DNA of 64,000 nt from Eledone cirrhosa (taxonomy: Eukaryota). A program made the translations under genes and the position numbers. Where the stretch lies: NCBI GenBank assembly GCA_964016885.1, contig OZ024755.1:44454001-44518000 (forward strand), in the 5' to 3' direction. Of the stretch, positions 46,601 to 61,600 are shown one piece after another (positions within the stretch are counted from its first letter, which is position 1; each line of letters begins with the position of its first letter). The notes beneath the pieces are model-generated. The model ran no database searches, was not told the origin of the DNA, and saw nothing but the letters and a program-made list of their open reading frames with translations.

Positions 46601-49600
46601 CCACAGTTGACAATACCAACACATATAGTGTACCACAGTTGACTGTACCAACGTATATTGTGTACCACAGTTGACAATACCAACATATACTGTGTACCAC
46701 AGTTGACAATACCAACACATATAGTGTACCACAGTTGACTGTACCAACGTATATTGTGTACCACAGTTGCCATTGCCAACATATACTGTGTACCACAGTT
46801 GAGAGTACCAACATGTACCGTGTACCACAGTTGACAGTACCAACGTATACTGTGTACCACAGTTGACAATACCAACATATACTGTGTACCACAGTTGACA
46901 GTACCAACATATACTGTGTACCCTAGTTGAAAGTACCAACGTATAATGTGTACCACAGTTGACAACACCAACATATACTGTGTATCAGAGTTGACAGTAC
47001 CAACATATACTGTATACCACAGTTGACAGTACCAACATATACTGTGTACCACAGTTGACAGTACCAACATATACTGTGTACCACAGTTGACAGTACCAAC
47101 ATATACTGTATACCACAGTTGACAGTACCAACATATACTGTGTACCACTGTTGACAGTACCAACATATACCGTGTACCACAGTTGACAGTACCAACATAT
47201 ACTGTGTACCACAGCTGACACTACCAACATATACTTGTACCTCAGTTGACAGTACTACCATATATTGTGTACCACCGTTGACAATACCAACGTATACTGT
47301 GTACCACAGTTGACAGTACCAACGTATACTGTGCACCACAGTTGACAGTACCAACATATACTGTGTACCACAGTTGGCAGTACCAACATATAATGTGTAC
47401 CTCAGTTGACAGTACCAACATATACTGTGTACCACGGTTGACAGTACCAACGTATACTGTGTACCACAGTTGACAGTACCAACGTATACTGTGTACCACA
47501 GTTGACAGTACCAATATATACTGTGTAACACAGTTGACAATACCAACATATAATGTGTACCACAGTTGACAGTACCAACGTATACTGTGAACCACTGTTG
47601 GCAATACCAACATATACTGTGTACTACAGTTGACAGAACCAACATATACAGTGTACCACAGTTGACAGTACCAACGTATAGTGTGTACCACAGTTGACAG
47701 TACCAACATATACTGTGTACCACAGTTGACAGTACCAACATATACTGTGTACCACAGTTCACAGTACCAACGTATACTGTGTACCACATTTGACAGTACC
47801 AACATATACTGTGTACCACAGTTGACAGTACCAACATATACTGTGTACCACTTTTGACAGTACCAACATATACCGTGTATCACATTTGACAGTACCAACA
47901 TATACTGTGTACCACTGTTGACAGTACCAACATATACTGTGTACCACAGTTGACAGTACCAACATGTACCGTGTACCACAGTTGACAGTACCAACGTATA
48001 CTGTGTACCACAGTTGACAATACCAACATATACTGTGTACCACAGTTGACAGTACCAACATATACTGTGTACCACAGTTGAAAGTACCAACGTATACTGT
48101 GTACCACAGTTGACAACACCAACATATACTGTGTACCACAGTTGACAGTACCAACATATACTGTATACCACAGTTGACAGTACCAACATATACTGTGTAC
48201 CACAGTTGACAGTACCAACATATACTGTGTACCACAGTTGACAGTACCAACATATACTGTATACCAGAGTTGACAGTACCAACATATACTGTGTACCACT
48301 GTTGACAGTACCAACATATACAGTGTACCACAGTTGACATTACCATCATATACTGTGTACCACAGCTGACAATACCAACATATACTTGTACCTCAGTTGA
48401 GAGTACTACCATATATTGTGTACCACCGTTGACAATACCAACGTATACTGTGTACCACAGTTGACAGTACCAACGTATACTGTGCACCACAGTTGACAGT
48501 ACCAACATATACTGTGTACCACAGTTGACAATACCAACATATACTGTGTACCACAGTTGACAATACCAACACATATAGTGTACCACAGTTGACAATACCA
48601 ACACATATAGTGTACCACAGTTGACAGTACCAACGTATACTGTGTACCACAGTTGCCAATGCCAACATATAGTGTGTACCACAGTTGAGAGTACCAACAT
48701 GTACCGTGTACCACAGTTGACAGTACCAACGTATACTGTTTACCACAGTTGACAATACCAACATATACTGTGTACCAGAGTTGACAGTACCCACATATAC
48801 TGTGTACCACAGTTGACAGTTCCAACATATAAGGTGTACCACTGTTGATACTACCGACATATACTGTGTAGCACAGTTGACAGTACTAACATATACTGTG
48901 TACCACAGTTGAGAGTACCACCATATACTGGGTACCACTGTTGACAGTACCAACATATACTGTGTACCACAGTTGACAGTACCAACATATACTGTGTACC
49001 ATAGTTGACAGTACCAACATATCCTGTGTACCTCAGTTGTCAGTACCAACATATACTGTATACCACAGTTGACAGTACCAACATATACTGTGTACCACTG
49101 TTGACAGTACCAACATATACCGTGTACCACAGTTGACAGTACCAACATATACTGTGTACCACAGCTGACACTACCAACATATACTTGTACCTCAATTGAC
49201 AGTACTACCATATATTGTGTACCACCGTTGACAATACCAACGTATACTGTGTACCACAGTTGACAGTACCAACGTATACTGTGCACCACAGTTGACAGTA
49301 CCAACATATACTGTGTACCACAGTTGACAATACCAACATATACTGTGTACCTCAGTTGTCAGTACCAACATATACTGTATACCACAGTTGACAGTACCAA
49401 CATATACTGTGTACCACAGTTGACAGTACCAACGTATACTGTGTACCACAGTTGACAGTACCAACATATAATGTGTACCACAGTTGACAGTACCATCATA
49501 TACTGTGTACCACAGTTGACAGTACCAACATATATTGTGTACCACAGTTGACAGTACCAACATATACTGTGTACCATAGTTGACATTACCAACGTATATT

Positions 49601-52600
49601 GTGTACCACAGTTGACAGTACCAACATATCCTGTGTACCTCAGTTGACAGTACCATCATATACTGTATACCACAGTTGACAGTACCAACATATACTGTGT
49701 ACCACTGTTGACAGTACCAATATATACCGTGTACCACAGTTGACAGTACCAACATATACTGTGTACCACAGCTGACACTACCAACATATACTTGTACCTC
49801 AGTTGACAGTACTACCATATATTGTGTACCACCGTTGACAATACCAACGTATACTGTGTACCACAGTTGACAGTACCAACGTATACTGTGCACCACAGTT
49901 GACAGTACCAACATATACTGTGTACCACAGTTGACAATACCAACATATACTGTGTACCACAGTTGACAATACCAACACATATAGTGTACCACAGTTGACA
50001 GTACCAACGTATATTGTGTACCACAGTTGCCAATGCCAACATATACTGTGTACCACAGTTGAGAGTACCAACATGTACCGTGTACCACAGTTGACAGTAC
50101 CAACGTATACTGTGTACCACAGTTGACAATACCAACATATACTGTGTACCACAGTTGACAGTACCAACATATACTGTGTACCACAGTTGAAAGTACCAAC
50201 GTATACTGTGTACCACAGTTGACAACACCAACATATACTGTGTATCACAGTTGACAGTACCAACATATACTGTATACCACAGTTGACAGTACCAACATAT
50301 ACTGTGTACCACAGTTGACAGTACCAACATATACTGTGTACCACAGTTGACAGTACCAACATATACTGTATACCACAGTTGACAGTACCAACATATACTG
50401 TGTACCACTGTTGACAGTACCAACATATACTGTGTACCCTAGTTGACATTACCAACGTATATTGTGTACCACAGTTGACAGTACCAACATGTACTGTGTA
50501 CCACAGTTGACAGTACCAACGTATACTGTGTACCACAGTTGACAGTACCAACGTATACTGTGCACCACAGTTGACAGTACCAAAATATACTGTGTACCAC
50601 AGTTGACAATACCAACATATACTGTGTACCACAGTTGACAATACCAACACATATAGTGTACCACAGTTGACAGTACCAACGTATACTGTGTACCACAGTT
50701 GCCAATACCAACATATACTGTGTACCACAGTTGAGAGTACCAACATATACTGTGTACCCTAGTTGACAGTACCAACATATCCTGTGTACCTCAGTTGACA
50801 GTACCAACATATACTGTGTACCACTGTTGACAGTACCAACATATACCGTGTACCACAGTTGACAGTACCAACATATACTGTGTACCACAGTTGACAGTAC
50901 CAACATATATTGTGTACCACATTTGCAAGTACCAACATATATTGTGTACCACAGTTGACAGTACCAACATATACTGTGTGCCATAGTTGACATTACCAAC
51001 GTATATTGTGTACCACAGTTGACAGTACCAACATATCCTGTGTACCTCAGTTGACAGTACCATCATATACTGTATACCACAGTTGACAGTACCAACATAT
51101 ACTGTGTACCACTGTTGACAGTACCAATATATACCGTGTACCACAGTTGACAGTACCAACATATACTGTGTACCACCGTTGACAATACCAACGTATACTG
51201 TGTACCACAGTTGACAGTACCAACATATACTGTGTACCACAGTTGACAATACCAACACATATAGTGTACCACAGTTGACTGTACCAACGTATATTGTGTA
51301 CCACAGTTGACAATACCAACATATACTGTGTACCACAGTTGACAATACCAACACATATAGTGTACCACAGTTGACTGTACCAACGTATATTGTGTACCAC
51401 AGTTGCCATTGCCAACATATACTGTGTACCACAGTTGAGAGTACCAACATGTACCGTGTACCACAGTTGACAGTACCAACGTATACTGTGTACCACAGTT
51501 GACAATACCAACATATACTGTGTACCACAGTTGACAGTACCAACATATACTGTGTACCCTAGTTGAAAGTACCAACGTATAAAGTGTACCACAGTTGACA
51601 ACACCAACATATACTGTGTATCACAGTTGACAGTACCAACATATACTGTATACCACAGTTGACAGTACCAACATATACTGTGTACCACAGTTGACAGTAC
51701 CAACATATACTGTGTACCACAGTTGACAGTACCAACATATACTGTATACCACAGTTGACAGTACCAACATATACTGTGTACCACTGTTGACAGTACCAAC
51801 ATATACCGTGTACCACAGTTGACAGTACCAACATATACTGTGTACCACAGCTGACACTACCAACATATACTTGTACCTCAGTTGACAGTACTACCATATA
51901 TTGTGTACCACCGTTGACAATACCAACGTATACTGTGTACCACAGTTGACAGTACCAACGTATACTGTGCACCACAGTTGACAGTACCAACATATACTGT
52001 GTACCACAGTTGGCAGTACCAACATATAATATGTACCTCAGTTGACAGTACCAACATATACTGTGTACCACGGTTGACAGTACCAACGTATACTGTGTAC
52101 CACAGTTGACAGTACCAACGTATACTGTGTACCACAGTTGACAGTACCAATATATACTGTGTAACACAGTTGACAATACCAACATATAATGTGTACCACA
52201 GTTGACAGTACCAACGTATACTGTGAACCACTGTTGGCAATACCAACATATACTGTGTACTACAGTTGACAGAACCAACATATACAGTGTACCACAGTTG
52301 ACAGTACCAACATATACTGTGTACCACAGTTGACAGTACCAACATATACTGTGTACCACAGTTGACAGAACCAACATGTACCGTGAACCACAGTTGACAG
52401 TACCAACGTATACTGTGTACCACAGTTGAGAGTACCAACGTATAGTGTGTACCACAGTTGACAGTACCAACATATACTGTGTACCACAGTTGACAGTACC
52501 AACATATACTGTGTACCACAGTTCACAGTACCAACGTATACTGTGTACCACATTTGACAGTACCAACATATACTGTGTACCACAGTTGACAGTACCAACA

Positions 52601-55600
52601 TATACTGTGTACCACTTTTGACAGTACCAACATATACCGTGTATCACATTTGACAGTACCAACATATACTGTGTACCACTGTTGACAGTACCAACATATA
52701 CTGTGTACCACAGTTGACAGTACCAACATGTACCGTGTACCACAGTTGACAGTACCAACGTATACTGTGTACCACAGTTGACAATACCAACATATACTGT
52801 GTACCACAGTTGACAGTACCAACATATACTGTGTACCACAGTTGAAAGTACCAACGTATACTGTGTACCACAGTTGACAACACCAACATATACTGTGTAC
52901 CACAGTTGACAGTACCAACATATACTGTATACCACAGTTGACAGTACCAACATATACTGTGTACCACAGTTGACAGTACCAACATATACTGTGTACCACA
53001 GTTGACAGTACCAACATATACTGTATACCAGAGTTGACAGTACCAACATATACTGTGTACCACTGTTGACAGTACCAACATATACAGTGTACCACAGTTG
53101 ACATTACCATCATATACTGTGTACCACAGCTGACAATACCAACATATACTTGTACCTCAGTTGAGAGTACTACCATATATTGTGTACCACCGTTGACAAT
53201 ACCAACGTATACTGTGTACCACAGTTGACAGTACCAACGTATACTGTGCACCACAGTTGACAGTACCAACATATACTGTGTACCACAGTTGACAATACCA
53301 ACATATACTGTGTACCACAGTTGACAATACCAACACATATAGTGTACCACAGTTGACAATACCAACACATATAGTGTACCACAGTTGACAGTACCAACGT
53401 ATACTGTGTACCACAGTTGCCAATGCCAACATATAGTGTGTACCACAGTTGAGAGTACCAACATGTACCGTGTACCACAGTTGACAGTACCAACGTATAC
53501 TGTTTACCACAGTTGACAATACCAACATATACTGTGTACCAGAGTTGACAGTACCCACATATACTGTGTACCACAGTTGACAGTTCCAACATATAAGGTG
53601 TACCACTGTTGATACTACCGACATATACTGTGTAGCACAGTTGACAGTACTAACATATACTGTGTACCACAGTTGAGAGTACCACCATATACTGGGTACC
53701 ACTGTTGACAGTACCAACATATACTGTGTACCACAGTTGACAGTACCAACATATACTGTGTACCATAGTTGACAGTACCAACATATCCTGTGTACCTCAG
53801 TTGTCAGTACCAACATATACTGTATACCACAGTTGACAGTACCAACATATACTGTGTACCACTGTTGACAGTACCAACATATACCGTGTACCACAGTTGA
53901 CAGTACCAACATATACTGTGTACCACAGCTGACACTACCAACATATACTTGTACCTCAATTGACAGTACTACCATATATTGTGTACCACCGTTGACAATA
54001 CCAACGTATACTGTGTACCACAGTTGACAGTACCAACGTATACTGTGCACCACAGTTGACAGTACCAACATATACTGTGTACCACAGTTGACAATACCAA
54101 CATATACTGTGTACCTCAGTTGTCAGTACCAACATATACTGTATACCACAGTTGACAGTACCAACATATACTGTGTACCACAGTTGACAGTACCAACGTA
54201 TACTGTGTACCACAGTTGACAGTACCAATATATAATGTGTACCACAGTTGACAGTACCATCATATACTGTGTACCACAGTTGACAGTACCAACATATATT
54301 GTGTACCACAGTTGACAGTACCAACATATACTGTGTACCATAGTTGACATTACCAACGTATATTGTGTACCACAGTTGACAGTACCAACATATCCTGTGT
54401 ACCTCAGTTGACAGTACCATCATATACTGTATACCACAGTTGACAGTACCAACATATACTGTGTACCACTGTTGACAGTACCAATATATACCGTGTACCA
54501 CAGTTGACAGTACCAACATATACTGTGTACCACAGCTGACACTACCAACATATACTTGTACCTCAGTTGACAGTACTACCATATATTGTGTACCACCGTT
54601 GACAATACCAACGTATACTGTGTACCACAGTTGACAGTACCAACGTATACTGTGCACCACAGTTGACAGTACCAACATATACTGTGTACCACAGTTGACA
54701 ATACCAACATATACTGTGTACCACAGTTGACAATACCAACACATATAGTGTACCACAGTTGACAGTACCAACGTATATTGTGTACCACAGTTGCCAATGC
54801 CAACATATACTGTGTACCACAGTTGAGAGTACCAACATGTACCGTGTACCACAGTTGACAGTACCAACGTATACTGTGTACCACAGTTGACAATACCAAC
54901 ATATACTGTGTACCACAGTTGACAGTACCAACATATACTGTGTACCACAGTTGAAAGTACCAACGTATACTGTGTACCACAGTTGACAACACCAACATAT
55001 ACTGTGTATCACAGTTGACAGTACCAACATATACTGTATACCACAGTTGACAGTACCAACATATACTGTGTACCACAGTTGACAGTACCAACATATACTG
55101 TGTACCACAGTTGACAGTACCAACATATACTGTATACCACAGTTGACAGTACCAACATATACTGTGTACCACTGTTGACAGTACCAACATATACTGTGTA
55201 CCCTAGTTGACATTACCAACGTATATTGTGTACCACAGTTGACAGTACCAACATGTACTGTGTACCACAGTTGACAGTACCAACGTATACTGTGTACCAC
55301 AGTTGACAGTACCAACGTATACTGTGCACCACAGTTGACAGTACCAACATATACTGTGTACCACAGTTGACAATACCAACATATACTGTGTACCACAGTT
55401 GACAATACCAACACATATAGTGTACCACAGTTGACAGTACCAACGTATACTGTGTACCACAGTTGCCAATGCCATCATATACTGTGTACCACAGTTGAGA
55501 GTAACAACATATACTGTGTACCACAGTTGACAGTACCAATGTATACTGTGTACCACAGTTGAAAGTACCAACATATACTGTGTACCACAGTTGACAGTAC

Positions 55601-58600
55601 CAACATATACTGTGTACTCTAGTTGACATTACCAACGTATATTGTGTACCACAGTTGACAGTACCAACATGTACTGTGTACCACAGTTGACATTACCAAC
55701 GTATACTGTGTACCACAGTTGACAGTACCAACGTATACTGTGTACCACAGTTGACAGTACCAACATATAACGTGTACCACACTTGGCAGTACCATCATAT
55801 ACTCTGTACCACAGTTGACAGTACCAACATATATCGTGTACCACAGTTGACAGTACCAACATATACTGTGTACCATAGTTGACATTACCAACGTATATTG
55901 TGTACCACAGTTGACAGTACCAACATATACTGTGTACCACAGTTGACAATACCAACATATACTGTGTACCACAGTTAACAATACCAACACATATAGTGTA
56001 CCACAGTTGACAGTACCAACGTATACTGTGTACCACAGTTGCGAATGCCAACATATACTGTGTACCACAGTTGAGAGTACCAACATGTACCGTGTACCAC
56101 AGTTGACACTACCAACGTATACTGGGTACCACAGTTGACAATACCAACATATACTGTGTACCACAGTTGACAGTACCACCATATACTGTGTACCACAGTT
56201 GAAAGTACCAACGTATACTGTGTACCACAGTTGACAGTACCAACATATACTGTGTACCACTGTTGACAGTACCAACATATACCGTGTACCACAGTTGACA
56301 GTACCAACATATACTGTGTACCACAGCTGACACTACCAACATATACTTGTACCTCAATTGACAGTACTACCATATATTGTGTACCACCGTTGACAATACC
56401 AACGTATACTGTGTACCACAGTTGACAGTACCAACGTATACTGTGCACCACAGTTGACAGTACCAACATATACTGTGTACCACAGTTGACAATACCAACA
56501 TATACTGTGTACCACAGTTGACAATACCAACACATATAGTGTACCACAGTTGACAGTACCAACGTATACTGTGTACCACAGTTGCCAATGCCAACATATA
56601 CTGTGTACCACAGTTGAGAGTACCAACATGTACCGTGTACCACAGTTGACACTACCAACGTATACTGTGTACCACAGTTGACAATACCAACATATACTGT
56701 GTACCACAGTTGACAGTACCAACATATACTGTGTACCACAGTTGAAAGTACCAACGTATACTGTGTACCACAGTTGACAACACCAACATATACTGTGTAC
56801 CACAGTTGACAGTACCAACATATACTGTATACCACAGTTGACAGTACCAACATATACTGTGTACCACAGTTGACAGTACCAACATATACTGTGTACCACA
56901 GTTAACAGTACCAACATATACTGTATACCACAGTTGACAGTACCAACATATACTGTGTACCACTGTTGACAGTACCAACATATACCGTGTACCACAGTTG
57001 ACAGTACCAACATATACTGTGTACCACAGCTGACACTACCAACATATACTTGTACCTCAGTTGACAGTATTACCATATATTGTGTACCACCGTTGACAAT
57101 ACCAACGTATACTGTGTACCACAGTTGACAGTACCAACGTATACTGTGCACCACAGTTGACAGTACCAAAATATACTGTGTACCACAGTTGACAATACCA
57201 ACATATACTGTGTACCACAGTTGACAATACCAACACATATAGTGTACCACAGTTGACAGTACCAACGTATACTGTGTACCACAGTTGCCAATGCCAACAT
57301 ATACTGTGTACCACAGTTGAGAGTACCAACATATACTGTGTACCACAGTTGACAGTACCAACATATACTGTGTACCACAGTTGACAGTACCAACATATAC
57401 TGTGTACCACAGTTGACAGTACCAATGTATACTGTGTACCACAGTTGACAGTACCAACATATGCTGTGTACCACAGTTGACAGTACCAACATATACTGTG
57501 TACCATAGTTGACATTACCAACGTATATTGTGTTCCACAGTTGACAGTACCAACATGTACTGTGTACCACAGTTGACAGTACCAACGTATACTGTGTACC
57601 ACAGTTGACAGTACCAACGTATACAGTGTACCACAGTTGACAGTACCAACATATACTGTGTACCACAGTTGACAGTACCATCATATACTGTGTACCACAG
57701 TTGACAGTACCAACATATATTGTGTACCACAGTTGACAGTACCAACATATACTGTGTACCATAGTTGACATTACCAACGTATATTGTGTAACACAGTTGA
57801 CAGTACCAACATATCCTGTGTACCTCAGTTGACAGTACCAACATATACTGTATACCACAGTTGACAGTACCAACATATACTGTGTACCACTGTTGACAGT
57901 ACCAATATATACCGTGTACCACAGTTGACAGTACCAACATATACTGTGTACCACAGCTGACACTACCAACATATACTTGTACCTCAGTTGACAGTACTAC
58001 CATATATTGTGTACCACCGTTGACAATACCAACGTATACTGTGTACCACAGTTGACAGTACCAACGTATACTGTGCACCACAGTTGACAGTACCAACATA
58101 TACTGTGTACCACAGTTGACAATACCAACATATATTGTGTACCACAGTTGACAATACCAACACATATAGTGTACCACAGTTGACAGTACCAACGTATATT
58201 GTGTACCACAGTTGCCAATGCCAACATATACTGTGTACCACAGTTGAGAGTACCAACATGTACCGTGTACCACAGTTGACAGTACCAACGTATACTGTGT
58301 ACCACAGTTGACAATACCAACATATACTGTGTACCACAGTTGACAGTACCAACATATACTGTGTACCCTAGTTGAAAGTACCAACGTATACTGTGTACCA
58401 CAGTTGACAATACCAACATATACTGTGTACCACAGTTGACAATACCAACACATATAGTGTACCACAGTTGACAGTACCAACGTATATTGTGTACCACAGT
58501 TGCCAATGCCAACATAAACTGTGTACCACAGTTGAGAGTACCAACATGTACCGTGTACCACAGTTGACAGTACCAACGTATACTGTGTACCACAGTTGAC

Positions 58601-61600
58601 AATACCAACATATACTGTGTACCACAGTTGACAGTACCAACATATACTGTGTACCACAGTTGAAAGTACCAACGTATACTGTGTACCACAGTTGACAACA
58701 CCAACATATACAGTGTATCACAGTTGACAGTACCAACATATACTATATACCACAGTTGACAGTACCAACATATACTGTGTACCACAGTTGACAGTACCAA
58801 CATATACTGTGTACCACAGTTGACAGTACCAACATATACTGTATACCACAGTTGACAGTACCAACATATACTGTGTACCACTGTTGACAGTACCAACATA
58901 TACTGTGTACCCTAGTTGACATTACCAACGTATATTGTGTACCACAGTTGACAGTACCAACATGTACTGTGTACCACAGTTGACAGTACCAACGTATACT
59001 GTGTACCACAGTTGACAGTACCAACGTATACTGTGTACCACAGTTGACAGTACCAACGTATACTGTGCACCACAGTTGACAGTACCAACATATACTGTGT
59101 ACCACAGTTGACAATACCAACATATACTGTGTACCACAGTTGACAATACCAACACATATAGTGTACCACAGTTGACAGTACCAACGTATACTGTGTACCA
59201 CAGTTGCCAATGCCATCATATACTGTGTACCACAGTTGAGAGTAACAACATATACTGTGTACCACAGTTGACAGTACCAACATATACTGTGTACCACAGT
59301 TGACAGTACCAACATATACTGTGTACCACAGTTGACAGAACCAATGTATACTGTGTACCACAGTTGACAGTACCAACATATACTGTGTACCACAGTTGAC
59401 AGTACCAACATATACTGTGTACTCTAGTTGACATTACCAACGTATATTGTGTACCACAGTTGACAGTACCAACATGTACAGTGTACCACAGTTGACAGTA
59501 CCAACGTATACTGTGTACCACAGTTGACAGTACCAATGTATACTGTGTACCACAGTTGACAGTACCAACATATACTGTGTACCACAGTTGACAGTACCAA
59601 CCTATACTGTGTACCATAGTTGACATTACCAACATATACTGTGTACCACAGTTGCCAATGCCAACATATACTGTGTACCACAGTTGAGAGTACCAACATA
59701 TACTGTGTACCACAGTTGACAGTACCAACATATACTGTGTACCACAGTTGACAGTACCAACATATACTGTGTACCACAGTTGACAGTACCAATGTATACT
59801 GTGTATCAGAGTTGACAGTACCAACAAATACTGTGTACCACAGTTGACAGTACCAACATATACTGTGTACCATAGTTGACATTACCAACGTATATTGTGT
59901 TCCACAGTTGACAGTACCAACATGTACTGTGTACCACAGTTGACAGTACCAACGTATACTGTGTACCACAGTTGACAGTACCAACGTATACTGTGTACCA
60001 CAGTTGACAGTACCAACATATACTGTGTACCACAGTTGACATTACCAACATATCCTGTGTACCTCAGTTGACAGTACCAACATATACTGTATACCACAGT
60101 TGACAGTACCAACATATACTGTGTACCACTGTTGACAGTACCAATATATACCGTGTACCACAGTTGACAGTACCAACATATACTGTGTACCACAGCTGAC
60201 ACTACCAACATATACTTGTACCTCAGTTGACAGTACTACCATATATTGTGTACCACCGTTGACAATACCAACGTATACTGTGTACCACAGTTGACAGTAC
60301 CAACGTATATTGTGCACCACAGTTGACAGTACCAACATATACTGTGTACCACAGTTGACAATACCAACACATATAGTGTACCACAGTTGACTGTACCAAC
60401 GTATATTGTGTACCACAGTTGACAATACCAACATATACTGTGTACCACAGTTGACAATACCAACACATATAGTGTACCACAGTTGACTGTACCAACGTAT
60501 ATTGTGTACCACAGTTGCCATTGCCAACATATACTGTGTACCACAGTTGAGAGTACCAACATGTACCGTGTACCACAGTTGACAGTACCAACGTATACTG
60601 TGTACCACAGTTGACAATACCTACATATACTGTGTACCACAGTTGACAGTACCAACATATACTGTGTACCCTAGTTGAAAGTACCAACGTATACTGTGTA
60701 CCACAGTTGACAACACCAACATATACTGTGTATCACAGTTGACAGTACCAACATATACTGTATACCACAGTTGACAGTACCAAAATATACTGTGTAGCAC
60801 AGTTGACAGTACCAACATATACTGTGTACCACAGTTGACAGTACCAACATATACTGTATACCACAGTTGACAGTACCAACATATACTGTGTACCACTGTT
60901 GACAGTACCAACATATACCGTGTACCACAGTTGACAGTACCAACATATACTGTGTACCACAGCTGACACTACCAACATACACTTGTACCTCAGTTGACAG
61001 TACTACCATATATTGTGTACCACCGTTGCCAATACCAACGTATACTGTGTACCACAGTTGACAGTACCAACGTATACTGTGCACCACAGTTGACAGTACC
61101 AACATATACTGTGTACCACAGTTGGCAGTACCAACATATAATGTGTACCTCAGTTGACAGTACCAACATATACTGTGAACCACAGTTGACAGTACCAACG
61201 TATACTGTGAACCACAGTTGACAGTACCAACGTATACTGTGTACCACAGTTGACAGTACCAATATATACTGTGTAACACAGTTGACAATACCAACATATA
61301 ATGTGTACCACAGTTGACAGTACCAACGTATACTGTGAACCACTGTTGGCAATACCAACATATACTGTGTACTACAGTTGACAGAACCAACATATACAGT
61401 GTACCACAGTTGACAGAACCAACATATACTGTGTACCACAGTTCACAGTACCAACGTATACTGTGTACCACATTTGACAGTACCAACATATACTGTGTAC
61501 CACAGTTGACAGTACCAACATATACTGTGTACCACTTTTGACAGTACCAACATATACCGTGTATCACATTTGACAGTACCAACATATACTGTGTACCACT

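Noticed and set aside
14063-61541. Six 75-aa plus-strand ORFs (14063, 30305, 43218, 43538, 60994, 61314)
   Set aside because: Each results from a variant removing one TGA (for example gttggc) and is only translated satellite.
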